From positions 12,598,962-12,662,961 of the forward strand of contig NC_134034.1 in assembly GCF_964204645.1 (NCBI RefSeq): 64,000 nt of DNA. Reading direction: 5' to 3'. Under the pieces are notes generated by a model. The model ran no database searches. It was not told where the DNA came from and saw only the letters and a list, made by a program, of their open reading frames with translations. The stretch is from Tubulanus polymorphus. Its lineage: Eukaryota > Animalia > Nemertea. Positions 38,301 through 53,300 of this stretch are shown here, in pieces (position 1 is the first letter of the stretch; the number at the start of each line of letters is the position of its first letter). The translations under genes and the position numbers were made by a program.

Positions 38301-41300
38301 CCCGAAGACAAATAAAACTGCTGTTCACGCCGGTAACAAATTTGGGAAATCTTAAATCGTTTAATTTTTCGGTTGGATTATATTTCCGTTGAGACATGTC
38401 CGACGAAGAAGACGCGGAATCCGTCTGCTCGTCTCGACGCCGGACGTCCAGTTCGAGCGATGGAACCGGACGCCGCGTCTCCATCTGCAGCGTCAAACGA
38501 CCGAAATCGTCGGCGATCGAGGTCGAAGTTCCCAAGGTCGTGTGGAAGACCGTCCAACACTGGAATCAGTGGACGCAATCACGTATCGAGTTCAAAGGCG
38601 AATATAAAGAACTATGCGTAAGTAGATCGTCGCCGCTCGAGGATCAGGTGAGCGAGTGTGTGTTAGGTTTTAAAGGGTTAATTCTCAGTCGGCATAGCGA
38701 TATATAACAGTACTGGTCGCGATTGTTGTTGCTGATGATAGATTTTATTGATTTTCAGTATTGATTCGTCTAATTCAATGTATATTCTCTTATATCAATC
38801 AAGTGTTGTATTGATGAGGTCGATTGCGAGGTCAATCGTGAGGTCGTATTGTCGTTGATGAGGTCAACTCAGCGGACGGTACTTGATGAGGGTTGTCGGC
38901 GTGAGGTCATCTTGTCTGACTTCATATCTCACGGTGTACGGTTTGACTGTTTCATAGCTCCATCAGTGTCTGGGACGCTGAAATTAGTGCCTGATGGCTT
39001 ATTCACAGTACAAACCCCTGTCCTAGTAGACACATCCTCCCTCACAGGGAATTGAACCTGATGACATCACGAGACTCTGTCACAGTACAAACCCCTGTCC
39101 TAGTAGACACATCCTACCTCACAGGGATTTGAACCTGATGACATCGCGAGACTCTGTCACAGTACAAACCCCTGTCCTAGTAGACACATCCTCCCTCACA
39201 GGGAATTGAACCTGGTGACATCATGAGACTCTACCCGCCTGGCCTATCATTCCCTATAAATAAAAATACCAGCCTTTAAACAGCAATCAACGATGGTTAT
39301 TAAAATTATAGAGGTTATAAAAATAAGTGGATTATTCGTCAGTTTGTTTGTACTCCTGCCTGGGACGAATTCAAATTCATATCTGAAGCCAATAACTGAA
39401 TTCCTATATGCCAAATGACTAACACCTGTTCAAAATTAATTCCCAATAGTCATTTATTTTCGTCAGCTATTTATTTACGTTACGACCAAAATTTCCTATC
39501 TCGAATTTAAAAATCGGATGGAATTTGGAAAATTTCGACTAGAATTTCAAATTTTCGTACGGAATTTATTTTCGAAGGGCTTTTCGACGATCTTTTCGAG
39601 CGGATGTTTTTTCGTGAGTTTGTTATTTTCGCTATAGTTGTAACATATAAGGTATAAATGTAGTGATGTTCTAGTGTATCATTGCTACAGTACTCCTCGT
39701 ATGGAGAACATGTCAATACAAAGTTGGATAAGGATTATAGATTTTGAGGAGGTTTGAATATCTCGAGTGTTGGATTATCCCGAGATTATCGTGAGATTAT
39801 TGGATGGATTAATTCAACACGCACTATAACGGTTCCGAACCACTTACGTCATTGCGTTCTGTTGACAACTTACACTTAGTGAATTGAATTACACTTAGTG
39901 AATTGACTTAGAAATACAAATTGGGACGAAAGATAGGGACGACTTCAGTAACGTGACGTCTTATCTGATGACAACTTTTAAACGAGGTCGACTGTAGATA
40001 GATTTCATTTTTTCATGCGAATGACTTTGTTCAATATCTCTGAATAGATAACGAGGGTTTGAGGGTTTATTCACCCAGCAGATACAATATTGCGTAAATG
40101 ACAATTTTGACTTCTATAAACTGAATTGAAAAAATGCGAATCGGGACTCAAAAATACTGGTGACTTTAGTAATTTGACGACTTATCTGTGAGTTTGAATG
40201 TATTGTAACCTTTTCATATTGGACTATTTGGTGTTGGTTAAGTAGTTGAGAACTGCTGGTCTCCGTTCGTCATCAGTTAGTTTTCAGACAATTTCGAGGA
40301 CTACTTTTTTTTTCGGTACGGTTAAAATGGCGCAGGAATACATCAAACGTAAACTCGAACGAAAGCGTAGTCGGGTTTTAGTCGAAATGAAACAGAAGTT
40401 TGGAAGCACTGATTGGTTAGAATGCGACCTGATGGATCAGGCAAGTTCTCGGATTCACTGATGAGTTTGACGGGACTTTGAGTTCGGTGTTCAACTTGTT
40501 TGTACCGATAGGAGAAAATGTCCAATTGGACGTAAACACAATTCAAAGGTTCCGTTTTTCCTACGTGCATCAACGATTTCCGATCTCTTTTGACTGATAC
40601 CAGGGGTCGGGGGGGGGCTTTTGGGGTAGATTATTATTTGTAATTTACAGTAAATTGATGAGAATGGAATGAAAACTCACAAACTATAGCGGGTTTTAAT
40701 CTGACTAATATCTATTTTCCACACCTGAGGAGGTACAGGGGGGGGGGTTATTCCTATTCTGCTATGAATCAAGAATGAATTAAATCTAAAAGGTTTTTGT
40801 TCATAAGTCGCATGTTTTGTTGTTTTTACTGTTGTTTCTTAAAGTCGTTTCTTCCCTTTGATTTTAATGTTGTTGAATATGAACTGATAGTTTTTTTTTT
40901 TCAGAGAGAACTGAAAAACTTGAAAGCCAAACACGTTTATAAACGTACAAACTTTATTTTCGAGAAAAGCGCTCTAAATGTTTTGATACGAAAAAGACTT
41001 CACTGAACGCGTTACGAATGAATTGTTTATTTTTATTTCAGGGTTTAAACGGATTCGATGAATTGCGAAGGTATATCAAATCCGGGAATGAATTCTGTAA
41101 AGAGGTGTCCGCTATTATGCAGGACAGGTAAAAACTATATTTTATTTCAACTCTCGAACTCAAACTTGGGATAAACTGTCACTCAAAATTTCACGCGGAA
41201 CTTAACTCACAGCTATGGAGCCCGCTGATCGGACCGTGACCTGAGTCCATTTTCGATAGGTTACCCGCAGTGCTACTGTGGCAGTTGAGGACTCCATGTC

Positions 41301-44300
41301 TTGTGGCAGGCGAGGAAAAGGGCAGGGGCTGTCGGTTACAGATAACCAGCAGATAAATACCGTAGTAACAATGAACTTTTAATTGTCACTGTCAACTATC
41401 CACCGGTCGACTCTGACCATCTTTTGAGCAACTGCAGCCCCTGCCTGTTCTATAGGTTATAACAATAATATTTGGAAAAATGGCACTCCTGCTAAATACG
41501 CCCTGCCAAACCGGCTGCCTGGTCTACAAAACCATCACCTGCATTACACTTGGCCTGAATCAATTTTCAATTGGAAATTTCACTAAACGTGTTTCACCTT
41601 ACAATGACTGAAGTTCTACCTCACGACTCTAGAACCGTTTCCTATAATGTTGTGATTGTGTCGTTGATTTTTTTTTTCAGGTCGGAAATCGAATTGAATT
41701 ACGCCAAAAATTTATCAAGATTGAGCTCAAAACTGCAGAAATTAGCGGCAACATGTATCGGGTAAGAGATATAGAGGGGGGTTGATGTTTTATCGGGTAA
41801 GAGATATAGAGGGGGGTTGATGTTTTATCGGGTAGGAGATATAGAGGGGGGTTGATGTTTTATCGGGTAAGAGATATAGAGGGGGGTTGATGTTTTATCG
41901 GGTAGGGGATATAGAGGGGGGTTGATGTTTTATCGGGTAAGAGATATAGAGGGGGGTTGATGTTTTATCGGGTAAGAGATATAGAGGGGGTTTGATGTTT
42001 TATCGGGTAAGAGATATAGAGGGGGTTGATGTTTTATCGGGTAGGAGATATAGAGGGGGGTTGATGTTTTATCGGGTAAGAGATATAGAGGGGGTTCATG
42101 TTTTATCGGGTAGGGGATATAGAGGGGGGTTGATGTTTTATCGGGTAAGAGATATAGAGGGGGTTTGATGTTTTATCGGGTAAGAGATATAGAGGGGGTT
42201 GATATTTTATCGAGTAGGAGATATAGAGGGGGGTTGATGTTTTATCGGGTAAGAGATATAGAGGGGGGTTGATGTTTTATCGGGTAGGAGATATAGAGGG
42301 GGGTTGATGTTTTATCGGGTAAGAGATATAGAGGGGGGTTGATGTTTTATCGGGTAGGGGATATAGAGGGGGGTTGATGTTTTATCGGGTAAGAGATATA
42401 GAGGGGGGTTGATGTTTTATCGGGTAAGAGATATAGAGGGGGTTTGATGTTTTATCGGGTAAGAGATATAGAGGGGGTTGATGTTTTATCGGGTAGGAGA
42501 TATAGAGGGGGGTTGATGTTTTATCGGGTAAGAGATATAGAGGGGGTTCATGTTTTATCGGGTAGGGGATATAGAGGGGGGTTGATGTTTTATCGGGTAA
42601 GAGATATAGAGGGGGGTTGATGTTTTATCGGGTAAGAGATATAGAGGGGGTTTGATGTTTTATCGGGTAAGAGATATAGAGGGGGTTGATGTTTTATCGA
42701 GTAGGAGATATAGAGGGGGGTTGATGTTTTATCAGGTAAGAGATATAGAGGGGGGTTGATGTTTTATCGGGTAGGAGATATAGAGGGGGGTTGATGTTTT
42801 ATCGGGTAAGAGATATAGAGGGGGGTTAATGTTTTATCGGGTAAGAGATATAGAGGGGGTTGATGTTTTATCGGGTAAGAGATATAGAGGGGGGTTAATG
42901 TTTTATCGGGTAAGAGATATAGAGGGGGTTTGATGTTTTATCGGGTAGGGGATATAGAGGGGGGTTGATGTTTTATCGGGTAAGAGATATAGAGGGGGTT
43001 TGATGTTTTATCGGGTAAGAGATATAGAGGGGTTGATGTTTTATCGGGTAGGAGATATAGAGGGGGGTTGATGTTTTATCGGGTAAGAGATATAGAGGGG
43101 GGTTGATGTTTTATCGGGTAAGAGATATAGAGGGGGTTGATGTTTTATCGGGTAAGAGATAGAGAGGGGGGTTGATGTTTTATCGGGTAAGAGATATAGA
43201 GGGGGGTTGATGTTTTATCGGGTAAGAGATAGAGAGGGGGTTGATGTTTTATCGGGTAAGAGATATAGATGGGGGTTGATCTTTTATCGGGTAAGAGATA
43301 AAGAGGGGGGTTGATGTTTTATCGGGTAAGAGATATAGATGGGGGTTGATTGATGTTGTTTTATTGGGTAAGCGGTAGAGAGGGGGGTTGATGTTTTATC
43401 GGGTAAGAGATATAGAGGGGGGTTGATGTTTTATCGGGTAAGAGATATAGAGGGGGGTTGATGTTTTATCGGGTAAGAGATATAGAGGGGGTTTGATGTT
43501 TTATCGGGTAGGGGATATAGAGGGGGGTTGATGTTTTATCGGGTAAGAGATATAGAGGGGGTTTGATGTTTTATCGGGTAAGAGATATAGAGGGGTTGAT
43601 GTTTTATCGGGTAGGAGATATAGAGGGGGGTTGATGTTTTATCGGGTAAGAGATATAGAGGGGGGTTGATGTTTTATCGGGTAAGAGATATAGAGGGGGT
43701 TGATGTTTTATCGGGTAAGAGATAGAGAGGGGGGTTGATGTTTTATCGGGTAAGAGATATAGAGGGGGGTTGATGTTTTATCGGGTAAGAGATATAGAGG
43801 GGGTTGATGTTTTATCGGGTAAGAGATATAGATGGGGGTTGATCTTTTATCGGGTAAGACGGGATGAGAGAGAGGGGTGGGTGATGTTTTATCGGGTAAG
43901 AGATATAGAGGGGGGTTGATGTTTTATCGGGTAGGAGATAAAGAGGGGGGTTGATGTTTTATCGGGTAAGAGATATAGATGGGGGTTGATTGATGTTGTT
44001 TTATTGGGTAAGCGGTAGAGAGGGGGGTTGATGTTTTATCGGGTAAGAGATATAGAGGGGGGTTGATGTTTTATCGGGTAAGAGATATAGAGGGGGTTGA
44101 TGTTTTATCGGGTAAGAGTTAGAGAGGGGGGTTGATGTTTTATCGGGTAAGAGATAGAGAGGGGGGTTGATGTTTTATCGGGTAAGAGATAGAGAGGGGG
44201 GTTGATGTTTTATCGGGTAAGAGATATAGAGGGGGGTTGATGTTTTATCGGGTAGGAGATATAGAGGGGGGTTGATGTTTTATCGGGTAAGAGATAGAGA

Positions 44301-47300
44301 GGGGGTTGATGTTTTATCTGGTAAGAGATATAGAGGGGGTTGATGTTTTTTCGGCTAAGAGATATAGAGGGGGGTTGATCTTTTATCGGGTAAGAGATAA
44401 AGAGGGGGGTTGATGTTTTATCGGGTAAGACGGGATGAGAGAGAGGGGTGGGTGATGTTTTATTCATAGTGCGCGTCTAATAGTAAAACCTGTCTAATAG
44501 AGTTGTAGTAAAATCATGTTTCATCCTACGCAGTCTAGTAGTAGTCTACCCCTGGCGAGTGATGTTTACCTCCTACTCTCTTCGATTGTTGTCGTCGGAA
44601 TCATTGACAAAATATATTTTCCAAAATCTTTGATGTTCTCGTAAACTGTATTTTTACTATCGTCCAAAACTCCTCTCTCCCTCTCTCCTCTCTCCCTCTC
44701 TCCTCTCTCCTCTCTCCTCTCTACTCTCTCCCACTCTCCCTCTACTCTACTCTCTCTTTCTCTCCTCTCTCCTCTCCTCTATCTCCGGTCTCCTCTCTCC
44801 CTCTCTCACTTCTCTCTATTCACAGCCACTTTGTTGGATAAATATTTTCTCAACCCACATCAATGCTTTCATGAATTCTGCTCTAGTTTTTAACGACCTA
44901 CTTCTAATTGTGTCGATTTTAACTATCAAGAGTAAAAACAATCCAATAACTGCCCATATGAGCCCTACACCCCGGGGAGTTAGCAGTGTGAGCCCTACGC
45001 TCCTTCGGGGCGCTTGTCGGTCGTGGTTGGATTTAATGCTCCGACAAACGGTTCCCCTCCAAATCTTATCATCTCGTTATCTCTGGTTACCGCGGCTACG
45101 ACGAACAATGTCGTCGACCCGTTTTAATTTTCCGCACGTTTCTATCGTATTTCAGCACGATGGCTGGTGCATGGGTTGCCGTGGCAACAGAAATGGAAGC
45201 CGAGGCAGAATTGCACAGGTTCGTAGATCTAAATAAAACCGTAGTAATTCGTCTGCTCGTCTGCTAGAACTGCGTCTGCTAGAGCTGCGTCTGCTCCAGT
45301 GTGTCATCGTCGTTGTTGTGCACTTATTTTTAGCAGACGGATATTTTAATGATGAGGGCGTGAGACGTATTACGTAATCAGTTGTGTCGTCGCGACGACG
45401 TGTGCATGTCACTTGTATCACTACTCGCGCTGTATATGAATACTTCTAGAATCAACCAGAACTCTGAATCTCGCACCGTTACAAATAACAAATTATTACA
45501 CATTTGTAAATTGAAATCGAAATGAATGATTAAAACCAGAAATACTAAAATGATGACTGCATTTTCTGATTTGAGCTACTGCAGCAGGGGGGGTTTCGGG
45601 TCGCGACCCCCCTCCCCACCTGCTCAGCTACCAAAAAATTTTAAAAATTTGTTTTCGTGAAGGAATCTAAGCGCTTACTCAAGATAAAGTGGGCTAACAG
45701 TAACAAAAACCGGTACCATGTCATCTTATGTTTGGCCAAACAATATGCCGTATAGGCCCCCTATCTTAGCAGGCGGTTTAACATTAACATTCTTTATTAA
45801 CACCCTCCTTGATCGGCGCTGGTGCAGATCTGGTTCAATGAACCCAAATATGAGAAACGACGATAAACTATTGAGTCATTAGTTGATCATATTTCTTCAT
45901 AATGTTTGTATTGATTATTGATTTCAGGACGTTGTGTTCGGCGTTATTAGAAGATATTAATAAACCTTTAAAAACGCTGACGGAACACGTGCATAAAAGT
46001 CGCAAACCGGTAAGAGTACGAACGACCCTGAATTCACTATTCTACCTCGCGCCGCGATGATTTACGTTTTAAACGTTTGAATTTAACGGTTGTTTTTCAG
46101 ATCGAGGCAGCAGTCGATAAATCAATCAAAAATTTACTAGAAAAACGAAACGAGGAAGGAAAGGTAAACAATCGAGCATTCTGGGTAACAACTGCGTGTA
46201 TTGATATGAATTCTGGGTAATCGTGCCTTATGAACCCTGGGTAATCATACCTCAAGAATTCTGGGTAACTTTCAACAAGGACAATAGGAATTCTGGGTAA
46301 ATATACCTTTGAGGAATCCTGGGTAATTAAATCACAGGAATTGTGGGTAACTATTCCGCTTCGACATCAGGGCTCGGTTTCATAGACTGAGTATCAAAGT
46401 TATCCCTAAGGGTAACTCCTAAATCTGGTTAACGACCACCATAGTAACAATGAGAAACCATGGTTATAACTGACAAATCTCAAAATGTTCCCAGGGATTT
46501 TTTCGGTTCCACATATAAGAAACCCAGCCCAGGGTCCAGTTTCATGAAAAAGTTTAAGCCTAAAACGGTTAAGTTTGAATTGTTGTCCTCATCGAAAACA
46601 CGAAGTAACCAATAGCAATTAAACCAAAAATTTGAGTTTAACTTGTTCGTGAAACTGGGCCCTGGGGCCAGTTGCACAGTCGTGACTTAAGTCAAAAAGT
46701 GTTCTTAAATCTTAAGACTTGTCTTAAGTTGTTCGATTGGTTATAGAACTTAGTTGGTCTTAGACTGGTCTTAAGTCTAAGCCATGACTATGCAACCGAC
46801 CCCAGGAGTTCAGGGAAATTATTCTAAGAATGATGGGTAATAAGACAGTAGGAATGATGGTTAATTCGTATTGTTTGTGTTTGTAGTGTAAAAAGAATGC
46901 GTTCACTCTGGCGCGAGATAGCGAAAAAATCATGGACCAGTTAACGGACGCGAAGGCCGGTAAAGGTCGGTTCGGAGAGAAGGATATATCGAAACTGGAG
47001 AAAAAGAGTAAACAATTAGAATCGGGAGCGCGTAAAGCTGATAAAGAATATCACGATCATTGCCTTAAAGCGGAAGCTGCCAGACAAGAGTGGGAGGGAT
47101 CTGTGTATAAGGTACGTGACACCAGGGGGAGCTGTCGTCGTCATACCGACCGGTCAACTGACGGTATTGTTGTATATTGTAGGGTTGTACTCAATTACAG
47201 TCGTTAGAGGAGGAACGTTTGAGTCAACTTCACGAAGTGTTAAATAAATATAGTAACCATTTATCTGTGATAGGTCCTAAACGCATCAAGGTACGTCTAA

Positions 47301-50300
47301 CCCCGGTATGCTCTGGTCGATCAAGTGCGGATTTAGAGGGTGGTCTCGGGGGTGCGGGGACCCACTGAGGTTGATCCTCATGATCGTTAAAACCTTCCAA
47401 TTTTACACACATCCTCTCGGAATTTGTATCTTTAAGGATGTATTTCCGGGTAGGACCCCGCTAGTGGCCGTTGCCCTGGGTGCTGTACCCGAGAATTACC
47501 TTTTCTTTTCATCTGGAACCCGGCCTCCCAATCTTCCTCCCCTTATTACCGGGGTACCTTTCAAAATTGTCATTTTCATCTGGAACCCGGTCTAGCAATT
47601 TACCTCGATAAACCCCTGGCCCCTCTCCCCTGCCTGCTCCCCTCCCGGCTGAATTCATCGTTTGAATATTGTATTTATAGAGCGTCGAGCGAATGGAAGA
47701 GTCGATAATGATTGTAGATATGAGCGCCGATCTACAAGCCGTCGTCGAACAAAAAGGAACCGGTCAAAACCAACCTGAACAATTACTGTTCGAATGCTAT
47801 GTACGTTGAAACAGCTCGTTTAAACTCATCTCTCAAATCTCATATCGTAAACTGCTCGTTTGAACTCATCTCTCAAATCTCATATCGTAAACTGCTCGTT
47901 TGAACTCATCTCTCAAATCTCATATCGTAAACTGCTCGTTTGAACTCATCTCTCAAATCTCATATCGTAAACTGCTCGTTTGAACTCATCTCTCAAATCT
48001 CATATCGTAAACAGCTCGTTAAAACTCATATCTCAAATCTCATATCATAAACAGCTCGTTTAAACTCATATCTCAAATCTCATATCATAAACAGCTCGTT
48101 TAAACTCATATCTCAAATCTCATATCGTAAACAGCTCGTTAAAACTCATATCTCAAATCTCATATCGTAAACAGTTCGTTTAACAAACTCATCTCTAAAA
48201 TCTCATATCGTAAACAGTTTGTTTAAACTCATCTCTCAAATCTCATATCGTAAACAGTTCGTTTAAACTCATCTCTCAAATCTCATATCATAAACAGCTC
48301 GTTTAAACTCATCTCTCAAATCTCATATCGTAAACAGTTCGTTAAAACTCATCTCTCAAATCTCATATCGTAAACAGCTCGTTTTAAAATCATCTCTTAA
48401 ATCTCATATTGTAAACAGTTTGTTTATTCTCAAATCTCATATCGCAGAATCGAATAATTTGATGCGTTGTTGTCACGATTACAGGCAGAAGATCTCAACA
48501 ATACGATGAACCGTGAACGGAGGTTACATTGGTTACGCAACGCGCTTTATTTCCTAGAACAAGACATGGATATAGAAAAGAAAGGAAGAGAAGGTGAGTC
48601 CGATATTAATCGCTATTTCATTATCGGTCGAAATTATCATGAAAATTTATAAATTAGATTTGACTAAACATTTTTAGAACCAATTTTTGGCATTTCTTTA
48701 ATCGGCAATAATTTGTTACCTTAAATCTGCTCATGAAAAAGTAATTTCTGTAGTTTCAGTTGTGAATTCAGAATCTAAAATCATTGGGACATTGAAGCTA
48801 ATTCAACTTTAAATTTAAGCCCACGACTGTAGAATTGGATCCACAACTGCAGAACTGGATCCACAACTGCAGAACTGGATCTCCAGCTGTGGAGCTCATT
48901 CCACAACTCTGGAACTGGGACCACAACTGCAGAACTGGATCCACAATTGTAGAACTTGTTCCACAACTGCGGAACTGGATCCATGACTGTAGAACTGTAT
49001 CCATAGCTATGGAGCTTGTTCCAAAACCCTGAAACTGGATCCCCAGCTGTGGAGCTCGTTCCACAACTCTGGAACTGTGGAACTGGGTTTACAATTGCAG
49101 AACTGGGTCCACAACTCTGGAACTGGGACCACAACTGTGGAACTGGTTCCACAACTATAGAACTGGATCCACAACTGCAGAACTGGATCCACAACTGTGG
49201 AACTGGGTCCACTACTCTGGAACTGGATCCATAACTGCGTCTTATTCTGTGTCGTCTGAATGTTGTATGCATAAATATATCATAGTTTAGATATTTATAG
49301 TAACGAGGCTTAAATAGATGTTTTCTTTTTAAATTTTCTCCATTTTTTGTAATAAATCGTTCAATTTCAGCGATAATCACGCAGCATATAGAAACTGATT
49401 GTCATCAAACCGATCCTCAAAACGATGACGATGACGATGATCTTTATATTAATTATAGTAATACCAATGGTCTACGATATCTTATTTCACTTCCTTTTAT
49501 TTCGGTTTTTCTTCAGAAATTTCAGAAATTGCGGTAATTTTTAGGGATATGTTTTTCGCTTAAACGAATTGCCATGAAAAGAAAAATTTGCGCTAAAATA
49601 GTTTGAAGATTTTTTTTTTCGGCTTGACTCGCAATTTACAAATGCCACAAGTTTAAATTCAGCGCTTGCTTTAATTTAAAACTCAATAAGGAACATACAA
49701 ATGTAACTCAAGAATTTGAAGGTCTATAAAGATTTATAAGATGATTTATTTTTGATTATGAAAATTGAAGTAACTAATCATGACTAAACCTTTTATAAAC
49801 TGAGCCCGTGGTCTAGGATACAATTGCGCACAGTTCTGTCAGTTAACATTTGACTCTGGTCGTTATCAACTCAAATAAAGTCAAATTTAACTGTCAACTG
49901 TGGAGCTGGATGTAATTTTGATACAAGATATATTTAGACAGATTTTGATTGAGCGATTATGGAATATCGATTCCGGATTACAAACTCTCTACCGGCCGCT
50001 TCTAATGTCTATTTCAACCTGACTTGAGAGCATTCCGGGTGGCCTAGCTCGCTAATTTTTGGTAGTACATACCTGATAAAGGTCTTAATGGGACCAGAAA
50101 GGACGGGCAGTCGAACTTAAACATCGTTTTTTAATCCATTTCAAACTGTATTGAAGGAAACGAACGCATCAGAAGAGAATTCTGTAATCGGTAGAGAGAC
50201 CAATCAAAACCTGCCTAACTAAAACTGGACCCGGGCGTTATTGATGTTGTATTCTATGTTGTTGTTGTTGTTGTTTTGTTTTTTGCGTAAATTCTGTGTC

Positions 50301-53300
50301 GTATTTTAGGCGTTGAGAAATTAATGGAGGTTTACCGAAATCGACCTAATTTTGCAGATAACGAATCACAAGACGACGCGAAACGTAAACTGTTAAGCGT
50401 AAGTTCAACAATCCGTTAAAAAAAACACTGTCTGCTACTCGTCCCGGTCGCTAAGAAACGAGAAAATATTCTATGAATAAACTGAATTTGAAACGCAATT
50501 CAAATCAAATAAATTACGTTGTATAGAAAACAATTCAAATCAACTAAATTTATTTCATTTTGAGCGAGTGAAATTAACCATTTATTGAGGCGCCTAATTC
50601 TCAAAATTTAGCGACTGGGGCAGACGCTTCATCGACTCTCATTTTAACCGTTCGTAGATCGCTTCCGGAAAATGGCTGTCTCTATGAACAATCCCCGAAT
50701 GACATCGTAAATTAGCCAACACCTTCGAATTAGTCGTTAGTGATGTCATAGAGGGCGGTTTACAGAGGCAGCCATGTTTTCTAGCAGGTTTATGACCTAC
50801 CGTAGGCCTCTAGATCAACGACGATGATATTATCATTGTAATCAACAGGGGCCGGTTGCATAGTAATGGCTCAGACATAAGACCGGTCTAAGACCAGTCT
50901 AAGACCAACTTAGTTCTATAGCCAATCTAACCAGTCTAAAGATTTAAGACCACTTTTGGACTTAAGTCACGACTGTGCAACTGGCCCCAGGTTTAGTCTT
51001 TAACAGGAGTCGTATTAACGACTTTCAACTTTTGTCATCTTAGATTTATCTTCCTGAGTCCAGGGCCCAGTTTCACAAGAAAAGTTTAAGCCTAAAACGG
51101 TTTGAATTGTTGTCCTCATTGAAAACATGAAGTAACCAATGGCAATTACACCAAACATTTTAGTTTAACTTTTTTGCGGAGCCGAGTCCTGAATTTTCTA
51201 TATATTACCTTTGATATTATTCTGAAAAAAATTCTCCGCCCCCCGTAGAAAAAAACAAACATTTTGCAACGAAAAAAAAACCTGTATTCTAAAATGGTGT
51301 TTTATTTGATTTTTAAGACTCGAAACGCGGCGGCGTCGCAGGTCCTGTAACAAATATTACATTCCGCATCGGTGTATGCATGAGACTTAATTATAATAAC
51401 ACGAATCAAAATATATCATTAAACGAATTCTGAAAACAGTTGTTATCATTAATATATCCCACCCAGTTTTATCTGATCAGTTTTACTTGTGTTCAGTTAG
51501 TTCTCGGTTTAAACCAAGGCCATTGTTTTTATTATTAGTTGGATTACAGATATTCAGAATTTTTCCTATTCTAGGTAAAGAAAAAATTTTTTTTGCCATT
51601 TCCCTTATTTTTATCTCTATTGAAAGATGGCAGCACCAGTCAAACATAGTGAAATATTAGTAACTAACGATACACCGCGCCGCGGTGTAGACGCACTATA
51701 GTGGTATTCCCGTTATTCAACACACTAGGGTGTAATTATTCAAAATTTTCAAATTATCACCAGCACTAAAGGGTATTATTAAGTCAGCACTGAAAGGGGT
51801 TAAGAAAAAAAATGATTAAAAGAAAATGTTTAAAAAAATTCTTTTCCTACCTCCACAATTATCTTGAATCCATCAAATCCGTAATCCAACTTATAACAAA
51901 TAACCGGCCTGTTATTTATATATCTATGTTTCCCCCACTATACAACCGATGGCATCATTTTTTACTGATGATTATTTTCTAAAATCTGAAATTAATTGTT
52001 ATTTTGCGTCCGCACATATTCGCTCGCGACCCGTGTTACTGCAAACCTGCAAACGTTTTATTCCCGCCGGTTTTCTTTTTCGAATCCTTGTTTGAAATTT
52101 GAATTTTAACGAACTGTTCTGTTGAATCAATAAAAAATAACCGTCGTAGACTAGTTAAAACTGTTTCGAATATATATATCTCTCGATGTTAGCTTCAGTG
52201 TTAGAATATTATAACTTCACGAATACGATATCGAATTTGAGTTACGCACAAATTAGAATTGACTGAATTTCTGAATTTGAATTTCAAATTTCCAACTGTC
52301 ACAACCGGCAGACGCGTGCGGTTTAATTAAGGCTAAACGATGTAATTTGTTCGTATTTACAGGTGAACGCGATGATGAACTATCTCGAAGCGAGTCACTA
52401 TAAATTGTCGTGCGCTCAGGCCGCCGTCCACGGGCAATCTAAACCAACGCATCGATTCTCTGAATACATAGAACATTCGAAAGATAAACAGGTACGCTGC
52501 TATCAATCCCCCCTATGACATCGCAAGGTGGCGCCACTTACCTTCGAAATCTGGGAGAAGTCATTTAATTAAAAATCAGGGAATTTTGTTTTAAAAAAAA
52601 GTTAAAAATCAGGGAAATTTCTTTAAAAATATCAAGGTATTTTGCTTCAGAAGAAAGCTTAGGAAAAGCTAAAAATTCGGGAAATTTGTTGAAATTGCTA
52701 GATGGCGCGTAGACAGTACCTGGCAAGAATCGTTGGCTGCCTCCTTAAATCCTCCTATGACATCATCAAATTGTCTTGTTATTTGATTTATGCATACAGC
52801 AAGAATTAAAGGAAGCCTCTAACAATCCCCCTATGACATCATCATTGTGATCGAGAAAAACCTCTCAGAAAAGATAGCAGCTTGTGATTTGATATATGGG
52901 GAGCATCTAAAATGAATGGCTGCCTCTATTGACTCCCCCTATGACATCATCATCTGTTTATATATTTCAGGGTCTTCCTCAAAGCGTTCTGCGACTTCCT
53001 CTATCGATGATAAATAATGATATGTCAGATTACGGCTATATGTCGCAAGGGGATCGACCTCAACCGGCCGGCGGTCAGTCGTCTGGTCAGTCGGACTGCT
53101 CCGATAATCCTTACGGTGAGCATCAACTCTACGTAGTGTGACCGCACCTCAGTACTCTAACAACTCCCCTTCCGACACCCCTACCATCTATTTTAACTAG
53201 TCCTCCTGGGACCCCGTTAATAAAATGGACCAGTTCCGTAGTTGTAATTCTAATCAGTTCATTTTCACTGTTTTAACTTTCTAAAGATAAATTGAAATCA

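Noticed and set aside
39004-39231. CTGATGA in tandem units, suggesting hammerhead ribozyme/retrozyme repeats
   Set aside because: There is no correctly placed GAAA or stem II/III pairing, and the third copy reads CTGGTGA.
40890-41006. Strong acceptor (T11)CAG at ~40903 upstream of the constant exon
   Set aside because: The phase-0 reading stops at 41006 and no convincing donor follows, so it is probably a decoy.
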